Below, piece by piece: positions 13,501-26,618 of a DNA stretch of 64,000 nt. The DNA is from Antedon mediterranea (Eukaryota > Animalia > Echinodermata), in contig NC_092673.1 in assembly GCF_964355755.1 (NCBI RefSeq), positions 4,154,001 to 4,218,000 of the forward strand. Reading direction: 5' to 3'. A program made the position numbers and the translations under genes. Each line of letters opens with the position of its first letter. The stretch's first letter is position 1. The notes under the pieces are model-generated. The model saw only the letters and a list, made by a program, of their open reading frames with translations. It was not told where the DNA came from and made no database searches.

Positions 13501-16500
13501 TTTGGGAGACAAACTGTAAATCATGTCTACCACAATAAAATAAAATAAATAAATAAATAAAATATTGAAGTATAGTAGCCCAGTTTCAATTAGAGATTTT
13601 ATCATCAATAAAAACATTTATGGCTACCAGAACAGACCTGTTAATCAGAGAGATTTTAACCAAAAAATTAGCTAATATTTTACACCTATTTTAACTGTCG
13701 CTGTCCATGGGAAAGCTTGTAACTCGAGAGAAAAGAAAGCTGTTTGATCTAAACATTTCCAGGTATAAGGTAGTTTATTTATTGACATGTGGAAGAGACG
13801 GGAATGTCCCCAAAAAGTGAAAAGGAAGTACAATAATAGATGTCTTGAAGACATCCAGATGCAAATTTAGGTACCAAGGCTTTGTTTAGAAGTGTGGGAA
13901 TCCAAGAAAGACAATTGCAAAAAGAAATTAGCTTAAATTTAAAACACATTCAATGTCCCTTGAGTACTACCAATAAGTGCGAATGTCTTCAAAAGGAAAT
14001 GAATAAATAAAATTTATATAAGAGATAAAAAAAATGTCTTACAACTTAAATTTCTTATTTTTGTCACAGGAAAAAAGTTATTAGGAAGAAGTCAAACTCG
14101 AGATGTTGCAGCTAAAAGACAAAAACCATTAAATGACTATTGCTCGGTAAGTTGTATTTATTTTAAAATTGATTGAAATCCATGCCCTTTTTTGGTGTAT
14201 TAGTCAGTCCAATGTTTAGGTGTAACCTCTCCTATCCTAACCTGGTACCAATGCCTAGATGTGATGTGACCTCTTCCATCCTAAAGGTCAATTTACACAG
14301 ACGACAAGTAATGGTAAGCGGAAAACTGCGTAGCTTTTCCCACAGAGAATCTGTATCTATCCTAAGCTAAAACCGCCCATCCACTCCGTGTTGTGTGTAA
14401 ATGGTCATAAGGAATAACATAGATTATATTTTTACTAACATTACCGCTTGTCTGTGTAAATAGGCCTTAACACGGTACCAATGCTTTGAAGTGACCTTTC
14501 CCTATTGGCACACCTGAGTGCAATTGTAAAGAGGGATAGAACAGGGCAGCCCTTGTTCTTGCTTTCTGGGTTTTGCCGCTCTTATGATTATTTTTATTCA
14601 CAAACTTAAAAAAAAAAGAGAAATATGTTTTGAAATGACTGGATGTTCAGATTTCATTCACATTTTAATATTGATGACCAATATAACATAATAACGAAAG
14701 AATTATTATTAATATTAATTATTAATTGTAAAGGAAGTAACATTGATGTAATCATGACAAAGATTTTTTTTCTCAATTCCCTTTAGAGCCTTGTAAGACT
14801 GCCAACCAAGATATCAGAGAGTAAGGAAGTAATTGAGTTTTTTACACCCACACTGGAGGATATCAATCCACCCAAAGAAAAAGAGTACGTGTTATAATCT
14901 ATTACCTATATTGTAAACCAAAACAACAATCGTATAATAATTGAATAACTACTTTGAAGTAGCTTTGCGTCACCTTTGGTCCTTGATGCAAAGCTACTCC
15001 AAAGTAGTTAATCAGTTACCATCCTGAAGTACCCTCTCAAATCCACTACACCTAGCCATCTGCGCAATCTCGAAGGTCTAGATGTATAAATGTATAGGTA
15101 TAAATGTGAGGATAGTGGAAGTCTCACCCAAGAATCTTTTCACAAGTAATCTCATATGTACTTAGCAAATTGGCAAAGCTACTCCGAAGTAGTTAATCAG
15201 TTGTCATCCTGAAGTACCCTCTGCTTCCTTAAGCTCAAATTTATTACACCTAGCCATCGGCACAATCTCGATGGTCTAGAGGTATAAACGTGAGGATAGT
15301 GAAAGTCACACCCAAGAATCTTTTCACAAGTAATCTCATATGTACTTGGTATAAAGCACAATTACATGTAGAGTAATAGTGTTTTATAACTTAACGTTAG
15401 CTATTATTGCTATTATTCACTTATCAAATTAGTTTAAGATATATAAGATTGGTTCTATTAATAATAAATTTGTAATATTTTTTTTATTCTATTTCAGTTC
15501 GGGTTCAGGAGACAAAAGTGGTAAGAAAAATAACATTTCTAATTTCAATTTTAAACACTGATTTTGTATATACTATTACTTACAACATACACATATAAAA
15601 ATATAGTAATTTATTTAACAAGACACTGCTCAGAGAGAGCATACTTTAGCTCTGTCCACACTTAACATTAGTCAATTATTAACACTGGCCTGTTTTTTTT
15701 CTTATTGTTATCTTTATTTTAAACATAACAATAGGTTTATTATTCTTATTCCAGGTAATAAAAGCCTACAAATACACAGTTATTTTCATAATAAAAATAT
15801 TTAATTGTAGTATTTTTTTAACTTAACATTTTTTTTTTTCATGAAGTACTATTTCTTTTATAGTATATTTAATATAATTCTTAATGTTTTTCTTTGCAAA
15901 TTATTTTAGGTCGGACGTGTAAGTATTCATCGTTATCACTAACTGCATAAATTTTCCAGTCGTAAAATTCACATTGTCCCCTTGCTTCCTGGCCAATTGC
16001 TTCCTTGGCCCCTTGCTTCCTTGCCCCTAACCCACATTGCAACCCTGAAAAAATGTCACCAACGCATGAGCAATACAATGGGAATAGTAGATTGTTTAAA
16101 ATATGACACACCTTTTTAATTTCTGTAAAACCAAGACTTGATATTTACTTCTCTACCCACTTCATGAATGAAAAAGTTTAGTATAATTAATAGAGAGGGC
16201 TCACTACATATTATTTTAGTTTTCATCATAAGACTTTAAATTTTAAAAATAGGCCTTTATTACACATCATTTTTATGTTATCACCCATATTTTGTTTGTA
16301 AAACCACCTTATTTGATATGCACAATTATTGGTTTTATCATAATTTTGTTACTATTTATAGTTAAATTAAATCCTTTATGTACTTTTTTTTGTGTGTTCA
16401 TTGGCATTGGAGTTATGTTTACATATTTTGTGAATAAAATTATAAATAAGATTTTCATTCTACAGTTATAGGATAATCATTTATGCTGTCTTTGATAAAA

Positions 16501-19500
16501 ATAAAATAGTTGTATTGTCACGATATTACTGCTCTTACTAATCATGACGTCCTTTGATTGGACGTGGGAAAATATTTTTTCATAAAAGGAAGCATAGATG
16601 ATAATCCTATAGTTCTATGATAAAACTTTTTAGTTATAAAAAAACTTCGTTTTATGTATGAAAAATGTGTGTTTATCTATGTATTGTTGATCATTATCGT
16701 CCTAGTGTAAACGGGTCTTAAGCCCTAAGTGAAGTTAGTTAGTTAGTTAGCATATATCTGCATGAATCATTTGCATAAAATTAGCAGGTTACTTACACCT
16801 GATGTTCAAACCCCCAATTAAAAAAGCATGAAATGCAAGCAGGATTTTTTTTTAAACGCATGATTTTGTGTTAATATTTTTAAGATACATTATACATTTT
16901 CTGCATATTCTGCATCTGTATGCATACATAGTGTATTCATTGTTTGTATATTATATATTGCAGTTACATGTTTTGATACTACTATAGTTTTATGTTTAAG
17001 TTATTAAGTTTTGACTTGTTAATGTCATTCTTCATATATTCAAATTCCACCAATCAACTCATTTTAAACTTTGATAATCTGTGTATTCATTTGTAATTTG
17101 TATTTGCATTTATTTTATTATACTATGCAACAAAAAAGACCAATAAATTTCTTTAGAATTTGTTCCAGGTATCAGGATATTGATGTGTTTGTAAGTGCAT
17201 TACAGTAATTTGTAATGCAAAAGATAGGACAACAAATTCAGCACTTCCTTTCACTACTTTTAGGCACTGTATTTCAAAATCTTCGATCCGTCACTCTTCA
17301 TGTTACATCATATTTCTTTGTCGCTTTCTTACAAAAAGTTATAGATGCAATTGTCATTACATACTTTCCTACTGTTTTTTCAGATATTGAAGAAATTACT
17401 GGTCCCATTCAGTCCGAGACCTACATTGTCCTAGCAGACTACAAAAAAGGAGCAAAGAACGAGGTCAGTTTGAAGGAAGGAGAGCAAGTAGAAGTCCTGG
17501 AGAAAGGAGATAATGGTATGAATAATATATTAAGGCATTTCAATGTAATTTATTACTACATTTGACCTACTGTAAAGCTCTGTCTACACTATCAAACTTT
17601 ATGTGACAACAAAATGTGATGTGCCCATATATGGACATGATGATGTCAAATCACTTCCATATATTTGGGCACATCACACTTTTCTTGTCAAACTAGTTTG
17701 ATAGTGTAGAAAGTTCCTAGCAGCCTGGATAGAAAATTTGGAAAAAATTAGTAGGTGGATTACACTTAAACAACAAAGTCTTTCTGTCTGAATTAAGCAT
17801 AAGTTTGGGATTGTATTCGATCATATACTGTAATATTAGGCCTACTACTATTATTATAAAGGTAGAGTCTTGTATTTAATCTGAACATTGAGAAATTAAT
17901 TTCGACCAATTATTTATAATGTCGCTGTTTTCAGTCTAATTTAGTTTTGTTTTTGGATTTGAAATATTATGTTAAGTCACTGTATTTCTTTTCTAGGCTG
18001 GTGGTTTATATCAGTCCATGATGCACAGGGCTGGGCTCCTGGTACTTTTATGCAGAGAGATGATGGAAAAGATGAAGAAGATTTGATTATTGGAAATTGT
18101 AAGCTATTTGAATTTTTGTTATTCATTGTTTTTACAAATTTAAAAAAGTAATGAAAGAATTGCATATTGATGAGTAGTAGTTCCCTGAATATGTTTCGAA
18201 GTAGATTCGAAGGCTATTTAAAGAGGGAGTCTATTATGATTTTTTTTTTAAATCGTAACATTGTCCAATGTTTCAATTGGTATTTGTGACAAACTAAATC
18301 CTCATGTAGGATTAGGTTTACACTATTAAAGGATCCGTTTGACCTTCGTGTTTGGACAGACGATGTTTTCTCATACATGACTTCTCTACCCATATTATTA
18401 TATTATATGGGTACAGCGTTTGGGAAGTTTATATATATAAATATTATATAGGTTTAAATAAGCACCTTGGAGTAACATGGATAAAATCAACATCAATATT
18501 TAAATGTTTTTTTGTTTGCGAATTTCACTATAATTTTAGATCTAATTCGTAAAATGAGTCGCTTTGGTCGAGGTAAGAATGGTAGTTAATTGGTTGCACA
18601 CTGGGTCCTCACCATCCACCAATGCAATTTGAATTATAACACTACTTCACCAAAACGGCAATCGTGAAGAAGATTTAAAACTGTATGAAGAAATTGATAA
18701 TAATTATTTGTTAAAAATTACAAAATATGTTATGTTTACACATTAATATTATTTGTTTCACCAATTTCTCTCTTTCCTTGAAAAATTATATAGATACAGT
18801 ATTATTTTCAATCAAATCCAATTTAATGTCGGGTCAGTTGGGCAAGCAGTAAGGCAGGGGCTCCGCAAACTACAGCTATAAAATCGGTGCAGGTTCAAGG
18901 TTCTCGGCTGTAGAACAAGAAAAAAATAAATTGCTTGAATGTCATAGAAAGAATGGAAACGCGAAAAGAAAACTACAGCTCCCTTCAAACTCAATTTAAT
19001 GTCGGGTCAGTTGGGCAAGCAGTAAGGCAGGTGCAAACTACAGTCATAAAATCAGTGCAGATTCAAGGTTCTCAACAATTTTTCTCAGACACTCTTTCGG
19101 AAGAGTTGTAGTTTACCTTGATTTACCAGTTTCATCTGGGTCCCTGTCGATATGAACCGATGAATGAACAACATTGGTGGGCTGCTTGATACAGAGAACC
19201 CTTAGGGAGATGACAGTATTTGTATGCGTTATCCACACTTGTGTGTATTTCAGCATAATTAAACTGCAAGGCACATGTTATACATTACATTTATTCAATA
19301 AGTTGTTATACCTTCACATGCACTTCATGAAAATCATTATTTTTTATTTTTTTTTTATTTTATGTCTTTAGGCAATGTGGCCAAGGATTACCAATAGTGA
19401 ATTAATCACTGTCCTATCAGATAGGTGGTAATCCCCCTGATACAGGGGCTATTGTGTGAACCAGTTCACCGGGGTAACCCCTACTCTTTTTCGAATAATG

Positions 19501-22500
19501 AACTGGGTTTCTTTAAAGTACACACAGGTTATAACTGTGTACACTGGACCTACGGTTTATAGTCCTTATCCGAGAAGACTTGTTCCACCACCAGAACTAG
19601 GAGCGAGTCGGCCTCGAACCCTTGCCGATGTTGCTGTTGGCTCTTTAGGTACGGTAAACGGCGCCCCTGCCTTAACCGCTCAGCCATATGACTCACTTCA
19701 TGAAAATCATTACACATCTTGTGCACATTCATTTCATTATCAATGTTTGCAAATTTTAATGCAAATGATAGGACATCAAAGTTTAGGCCCTGACACCCCC
19801 ACCTCCTATTTCAAAATCCTGGATCCAACACTGATTGTTTTTTTGGAAAAAAAGGGTTTTTTTCAGTATTGGGATCTGATTTAAACTTTTAAAATCCATG
19901 CAGTTTATAATGTTATTCTAAATATTTTAAAGTAATTGCTGATTATTTGCGTCGTTCAAAATCTGAACAAAACAAGAAAATTAAATTGTTACTGCGAATG
20001 CTACGAAGCGTGACTGAAATTACGATAGGAAAGATCTTTACAATATATTCTGTGTAAGTTTCATTAAGGTATGAGCTTATGCCATGGTGAGGGTGATTTT
20101 CTACTGGACTATTATTTATCTGGAAAGCAGCTAGTCTTAAACTCAGTTTGTTTTTTTTTTAGCTGAGAAGTACATCAGCAACTGTGCTTATGAAGCCCAA
20201 CAAGAAGATGAACTAAGCTTTGACATTGGAGCTGTCGTTGAAGTTGCCAAGAAGAGTTTGGATGGCTGGTGGCTTGTCAAGTAAGTCCTTATATTAAGCT
20301 GCTTTCACATTGCTCCCAGATTTGGTCGAAAAATATCATGGAAAATGACTACAATATTAAAATGCACAGTTATTAGAGCTTGACCCTCGCCTCTAATTTC
20401 TAGTAGTAGGCCTACTGGTCAGTCATGCATTAGGTCTACACGATTCACAAACACACACACGCATACCGTATTGTGCATTCCGTATGGTGCGAAGTAAAGA
20501 CTAGAATTGGATATACAGTAGTTACAAATACTCTCTTATGTTTTGTAGGTATCTGAATGAACAAGGTTGGGTACCGGCAGCTTACCTACAGGCCTACAAA
20601 GGGCCAGACCGCAGTGCTGTGAAGCCATCGTCAGCTACACAACTTATTGGTTCTATCATGGATATTGGCAAAATCAGTACATCTGAAACACAAGCTCAGC
20701 ATCTATTTGTGAAGGGACCACAAAGTTCTGGTGGTGAGTTGAGTTCTTGTAATTTTGTTTTATTTACGGCCCTCATTCAGAAACTGGCAACACAGTGTAA
20801 CGTCCATCATTGATTTTAATGTACAGTATATTCAATGTTTTAACGTGTACAAAACTATGTTTGATAAATATACCGTATATCCTTGGGTATAATCCCACCC
20901 CCACTTTATGTCTGATTTCACAAACAGACATATCCCCGGGTATAGTCCCAGTATTGACTTTTAGTCTGGATGTAGGCCTCTCTCTAGTCAGTTCAGATGA
21001 GTTTTTTCAAGAAATGCTTACCAATCATTTTTTTTCCTGAAGCAGGGTTTCCTCGGGTATAGTTCCACCCTCCAAAGTGGGCCCAATTTTATGTTCTAGG
21101 TGGGTGGGATTATACCAGAAGATACATGTTATTATACTTGCAACACTTTGTAAAGCTTATAGTGGAGTTCACATTGTGCATGGTAATGTATGTACATATA
21201 GGCCCAACAGCTTTACATACCATCTGAGAATAAAGTATCTTGCCTAAAGGATATAAAATCTTCTAAAAGCAAACACAACTAAACAATTATAATTATATTA
21301 AAAGAGTTTGAAAAAGTCTTTGGGGTATATTCAGTTTTTGCCAAGAGTTTTATTTACGTCACAAACTCTTAGCAAATAATCATTTATAGCATTTTAAAAA
21401 CTACAATGAACAAACCTCTTTGTGCAATTGTTTAGAATTACTTAAATCATTACATCTTTTTTGGAATAGGATTTCCAATGATGTATTAATGATTTTAGGG
21501 AAATTAGTTTAACTATTGTTATCTTTGTCTTGCCATGATTATAAACTTCAATTATATATCAGACAGTTTTTGAGAATATTTCCCAATTCTTTGAAATTTG
21601 TTGGTTGTACTTTCATTATTAAGGAAATCAACTCGTAAATGATTTATTGGCCTGTCAGTAATATTTATTACATATCAAAAGTCATTTACAATGCTCTTTG
21701 TTAAAAGATATGATTTATCTTATTGATATGAATCGGCCAATAGAAACACAGATATTCTAAACAAAACTTTAGTATTAATTTGAAGTAAACAAATGTATTT
21801 AATCTAGGTTTTATCTGAAGCATATTAGTCATGTTTAAAGTATGGTTTTTAGCTTACTTATATATTAATCATACAATTCAATTGAGTCTATTTTATTTCA
21901 TATTACAAATCTTTTAACATTATTAGTAGTTAAAATAATACATTGATATGATGATAAATTATTATTATTATTATTTGGTCAAATGTTATTCCCTACTATG
22001 ATGTAATTGTATTGTAATTTAGTGTGTTGTATAATTTTACATTGAGATTGCTATATGAAAGAATATATCATCATTTATTTCAACAATATTTTATGAGGGG
22101 GGTCCATCCAGCATCAGCCGATCATTAGGGACCCTCAAACAATACAAACAGTAAATACAAAATGAACTATAAAAACACAAAATTAACAAAGATATAAAAA
22201 ATTAATATATATAAATGTATATAAATATACAGTATGCCAACAATGAAAGAAGGATAAAAAGAAATAAAATTAGAGAGAGAGAAACAGGTATTCTTTCAAA
22301 AGAGATTTAAAGGAGGAGAAATTGTAAGAGTAACGAATGCTTAAAGGTAGAGAATTAAAGAAAGAAGGAGCATGCTTCATTAGAATATAACCAAAGCCAA
22401 GCCCGCCAATATGTAATACATTTATTTATAGTACTTGTACCTATAGTAGGTAGACCCAGTCCTTCGACAAATCAATCGTGTACACAGTAAAAAGATTCTC

Positions 22501-25500
22501 GTTTACCATATTTTAGGTTTTGACTTGTCATGATTTTCTAAAATAAGTAGTTTTTTGAAGAAGTTTATTTTAAATGTTATCGTTAAATTTTCTCTTAAAC
22601 CATATAGCAGAACTTGACCTTTATTGATATTTAAACCGAAATTTATTTTTACAATTACAATTGGGATAAGTAACAATAAATTCCGTAACAATAAAGCCTA
22701 CTGTAATCTCTTTTCAAATCAAAAGATTCTTATTAACATTCCTTGATAAACAAAAGCTGATTTATTTCCAATGACAATCAATCCCTTAAACCCAAAATGG
22801 GCAAAACCACTTAGTCACTAAAAAATCAAGCAAAAAAGTATTTTGTAAACACTATAATTTATGGACGCTTGGCCTAATATTCTGTTTATATTACGTTCTG
22901 ACATGTTGACCAATCATATTTGATTTACGTGGCTGCGGTGTACCTCAACAGGAACATTTAAGGAAATTCTGAAATGTAGATTTTGGAGACTGATTAGTAA
23001 TATTCATTTTTGTGTGATCTTTGCTGCTGCATGAATGTCATTGGTGAATTCAAACAGAGGTAAAAGTAAAATTTATTTCTTTAGCACTCTACTCTTAAAG
23101 TTATTAAAACGTACTTAAAAAATCATACTTAAATTATTGCATTTATGGACTATTCCATTTTGAATTGAGCATGTGATAACTATAATAGAAGGATGATTAA
23201 TATGATCAGTATTTTTTATGTTTTTTGAATAAGAAGATTTTTTTGTTCAATAATAAATTAGTAATGTAAACAAACTAATATGATTTAGGTCAATATTTAA
23301 GAAGCCATCCTACTTAAGTGCTCTTAAAAATGTCCCGTACTTAGATTGCATCAAGTTGTTAGAAGAAGGAAATACTTAGTATCCTATATTTCATAACAAA
23401 CACGGATATTGGGTCAAATCCTGCTTAGATTCACCATTTCATAAAGGTACAACTTAGTATTTAGTTAGTATTATTCCATCAGCAACGAATCAAGATCACT
23501 AATAAAAGAACGTATATAAAGAAGATTCACCTACAAAATGCCAGGGAAACAATATCTAGAGGTCAAAGAATGTTCTAAACAAAAGAAGAACCACACTGCT
23601 GAAAAGAAGCTTATCAGCATTAATAGACGTGAGACGGCATTGGAAAGGATGGAGTATGATAGAAGAAACAGCTTGACCAATCACAAAAGTATTGAGAACA
23701 AACTGACTAGCAGAAGTGAGGACAAACTGACTAGCAGAAGTGATTCCTTAATCAACATTGATTCTAATTTGATTGCTAGTGTGTTGAAAACAAAGTTTGG
23801 ATTTGTATTTGATGGACAAACTAAAGTATTAGAAAAACTTGCTGATGAAGTTGCGGTATTGGTTCAAAATCAGGTAGTGAAAGAGGCATCTGCCGCCAGA
23901 GATGACGAGATAACTGGACGTCTTGATGAAATTCAACAAAGTGTTGATAAGATTTCTCATTCGTTGATTCAGACAAAGAATTTCGCGATAAAAAATGGTT
24001 TAAGAATAGATGAAATAGAAGATAGTTTAGGTAAGACAATTTTTGGAAACCTATCAATCAGCATTAGAAAAAGCGAAAGAGAATTTATCAAAAGGCTGAT
24101 GTCCGGAATTTTTCAACAAAAGGTGGTTTGTTGATATAAAGTTTGCGGTACACCACGTGTAGTTTTGAAAAGAACTGTTGAGTTTCTCGACATTTCGATC
24201 AATATGCTTTGATCGAAAGTTGGTTTGTCATCTCTCTTTTTATCAAAGCTAAATTTCAACTTGTTTGTTCTTTCAGGAGTACAACTTGATAATAAGAATA
24301 AGCCAACACCACCAAGAAGATCCACTGTAAAGGTACTGTAGTTTTCAATGTACTTATTCCACTATCATTGTCCTCGCCATCTTGTTACTGTATTCTTCTT
24401 CAATGTCAGTATCTTCATCATCAAAATGAATTTATCTATTGTCACCACCTTTTTCATTCTCAACACCATTATCCTCTCCACAATGTCATCTTTGCCTTTA
24501 ACACAAAGAAAAACTTTACATTCTTCATCCCTCTGTATTCATCTGTCAAGTCCATAGCCAGTACAGTTGGTAAGGGGTCAACCTGACCGCTTTTTCACAG
24601 AGGCTTGAACAGAGATTGTTCCCTTATCTTGCGAAAACCAGACCGCTTTATTTCTTGTGGCTATATCACTATTATTTAGTAAACATTCTGTGAGTAATAA
24701 TCTTTTCTATTATTTATAACTATGCTGTTTTGTTCACTTTAAAGAGATCACTTAAAGGCCGCAAATCTGGTGCAATAAGGAAAGGTGGTCGCTCTCCAAT
24801 GGACTACTACACAATAGCAGACTATGACAATCATGTAGGAGATGGAATCAGCTTCAAGAAAGGCCAACATGTTGAGGTACGTATTTCACTACAGGTAGTG
24901 AATTATAATTAGTAGTTTGAAACTCCTAAATTCAAATGATTTATACACACTCTACACACAAAAATGAGTAATTATTAGGGTGTGTGGCACAGTGTGTTGG
25001 ACGTTGGACTATTGTGAGGTTGTGTGTTTAAATTCAACGCATGTCGCATTGCTTGTGTCCTTGGGGAAGGCACTTTACTTATATTTGCCTCTCTCCGCCC
25101 AGGTGTACAAATGGGTACGTTTACTTTGCACTGGTTAGTATCTGCATTATGTGATTACGTTTCCATTTGCGTTTGATCCAAAAATGACCAGGGTAATATG
25201 TAAAGCGTTAGAAGTTTCATAACATTAGGCCCTTTAATCAAGGATTTTATTATTATAATAATTATATGGTATTTATAATTACTGTATTCCATTTGCTGAC
25301 ATTATTTAACAGGATATGGTTTTTAGTGTCACAAAACGAGTAGGTTATAGTTCATTGGGATATTCATTTGTGGCTTGATATCCTGTTTAAAAGGAACTCA
25401 AAAGTTGTATGGTCTGCTCAGATAAACCAGACAACAATATTTCAAGTGTTAAAAATTAAATTAGCTAATCTTTTTGTGTTTATATATTTTTACTGGATGT

Positions 25501-26618
25501 GTAGCGTGTTGTTTTGTGGGGTCTATCAAAGCCGTATACATTATTATTATTTGAATTAGATTTTTCATGTATTGCATTTATTTATATTTTGTATCAACCT
25601 GGTTTTATAAAATAAATTCTAAGGTAAAGTGCCAATATGTTTCATTGTACTAGTATTTAATTATTCAAGTAAATTGGAAATTTTTTAATGAATAATGTAT
25701 TGCTTTTGGGTTCTTTAACTTTGTTGGTCTTTTGTAAAACTTTGTTATTGTTACGAAAGAATTTACCTTACTTAGCTTACCTATCCTCTTTGGGCCAGGT
25801 GTCCCATAAGGCTACAAGATGCTCTCTCCAGTCAGTTCTGTTTCTAGCTTTAACTCTAGCCTAATCTAACTCTTTCCTTCTCCACTGTGCGCCTTCAAGT
25901 TGTTTTGGGTCGACCCACACGACGCTTTCCTTCTGGCGATGAGAACACTCCAGTGGAAATCAGTGGTATTACTGATCTGGGCTTTCCTCTGTAAAGAAGA
26001 CTAATTTTTAAACAAAATATTTTCTTTTAGATTGTTGATAAATCACCCACTGGCTGGTGGCTTGTCAAAATCAACGGTGAGGAAGGATGGGTTCCGGCTA
26101 ACTTTATCGAAAAGAGACCTGCCAAAAACACTTCTACCGTTGGAGATTCGCCGTTGCTTAACAATAACACGGTGAGCTCGGAAAGCAAACCGAAAATGGG
26201 AGGACACGCATTTCAACCTTACAGTAAAGAAGTCATTCAACCAAAACCTGTGAAACCCACAGTTCCAGTGAGGCCTGTCCAACTTGGTGGGAAGAGTATA
26301 TCTGTCAACGAAACAACAAACCAGTTAGCAGAAGCTAGGTCAAAGTTGAAATCTATGGGGAAATCACCAGTGAAACAAAGTAACTTTGATTCCGCTGATG
26401 AATTAAACGAAGAAGTAAAAGAAGTATTCACGAAAAGACCGTCAGCCTCTAACGCGTATATAACTGTAAGCAAATTTGAGAAGGAGGATGTAGAAGGGAT
26501 AGGCTTTGAAGAAGGTGTGGAAGTGGAGGTGCTAGAAGAGCACGATAGTGGCTGGTGGTTGGTTCGTATTGGCCAAATAGAAGGCTGGGCCCCGTCAAGC
26601 TTTCTACAAAAGTTATAA
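7537..26618 (+). CDS. SH3PXD2B: SH3 and PX domain-containing protein 2 (Tks4/Tks5-like; PX + 4 SH3), 13 coding exons, about 579 aa
   Basis: Exons 7537-7608 ([24 protein letters not shown]), 11291-11371 ([27 protein letters not shown]), 11564-11639, 14070-14146, 14787-14884, 15498-15520, 17384-17515, 17997-18098, 20163-20280, 20549-20733, 24277-24332, 24745-24876, 26031-26618. All are GT-AG with continuous phase. The PX N-terminus closely resembles Tks4, and four SH3 domains carry GWW...GWxP motifs. The A/B paralog assignment is uncertain and may predate the duplication. Confidence 0.9.
8697..9503. mobile_element. pogo/Tc1-mariner-like MITE with nested insertions
   Basis: Ends TATAGTAAAAC.../...TTTTTACTGTA; interrupted at 8771-9339 by a family A MITE. 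Confidence 0.55.
9764..9986. mobile_element. MITE family A (TIR AGCTCTGTCTACACTATCAAACT, TAA target duplication, internal 21-bp VNTR)
   Basis: Inverted termini with TAA on both flanks here and at 11648-11822. Other copies lie at about 1870-1991, 8771-9339, 12608-12787, 17576-17710, 38816-38946, 53560-53649 and 63086-63246. Confidence 0.9.
10955..11260 (+). mobile_element. SINE with CORE-like central domain (degenerate)
   Basis: ...GGCAAGACACTT...CCTCTCTCCACCCAGGTGTACAAATGGGTAC plus an L2-like tail; a second copy lies at about 24981-25262. Confidence 0.65.
11648..11822. mobile_element. MITE family A copy inserted 8 nt downstream of the exon 3 donor of the Tks gene
   Basis: GTGAGTAA|AGCTCTGTCTACAC...GTAGACATAGCT|TAA. 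Confidence 0.9.
14989..15347. repeat. About 175-185-bp tandem duplication (2 copies)
   Basis: CAAAGCTACTCC(A/G)AAGTAGTTAATCAGTT...CACAAGTAATCTCATATGTACTT at about 14989-15162 and 15174-15347. Confidence 0.85.
19370..19693 (-). mobile_element. tRNA-derived SINE with Deu/Nin domain (DeuSINE-like)
   Basis: On the minus strand: A-box TGGCTGAGCGG, B-box GGTTCGAGGCC, then TCGGATAAGGACTATAAACCGTAGGTCC...AAGAGTAGGGGTTACCCCGGTG, matching the Deu-domain motif as recalled from AmnSINE1. A further fragment lies at about 8170-8280. Confidence 0.75.
20871..21127. mobile_element. pogo/Tigger-like MITE
   Basis: Left end TACCGTATATCCTTGGGTATAATCCCACCC is the imperfect inverse of right end GGGTGGGATTATACCAGAAGATAC. 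Confidence 0.55.
22075..22371 (-). mobile_element. CR1/L2-clade LINE 3' fragment
   Basis: Minus strand 22371-22285 translates [29 protein letters not shown] (the typical WNSLP..IR....FK..LK ORF2 C-terminus), followed by a 3' hairpin and AATAAA. Confidence 0.75.
23538..24122 (+). CDS. Putative alternative first coding exon of the Tks gene (195 aa, coiled-coil-like), or an independent intronic ORF
   Basis: A 198-aa ORF in AT-rich intron 10 with an in-frame stop just upstream of the ATG. A phase-0 donor AAG|GTGGTT at 24122/24123 is compatible with the exon at 24745. Confidence 0.55.
24131..24210. repeat. About 80-bp dispersed repeat (TTGATATAAAGTTTGCGGTA...TCGATCAATATGC)
   Basis: Copies at about 32308-32388 (+) and 47476-47550 (-). 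Confidence 0.75.
24981..25262 (+). mobile_element. SINE with CORE-like domain
   Basis: Degenerate tRNA-like head, GTGTCCTTGGGGAAGGCACTTT...CCCAGGTGTACAAATGGGTAC, and an (ATT)n tail; homologous to 10955-11260. Confidence 0.7.
25766..25937 (-). mobile_element. RTE-clade LINE 3' fragment
   Basis: Minus strand translates [20 protein letters not shown] and, after a frameshift, [14 protein letters not shown]: the RTE ORF C-terminal signature, ending in a short-repeat tail. Confidence 0.8.

Noticed and set aside
17169-17190. Possible extra Tks microexon (CCAG|...TTT|GTAAGT)
   Set aside because: The acceptors tested give a frameshift or an in-frame TGA relative to the flanking phase-1 exons.
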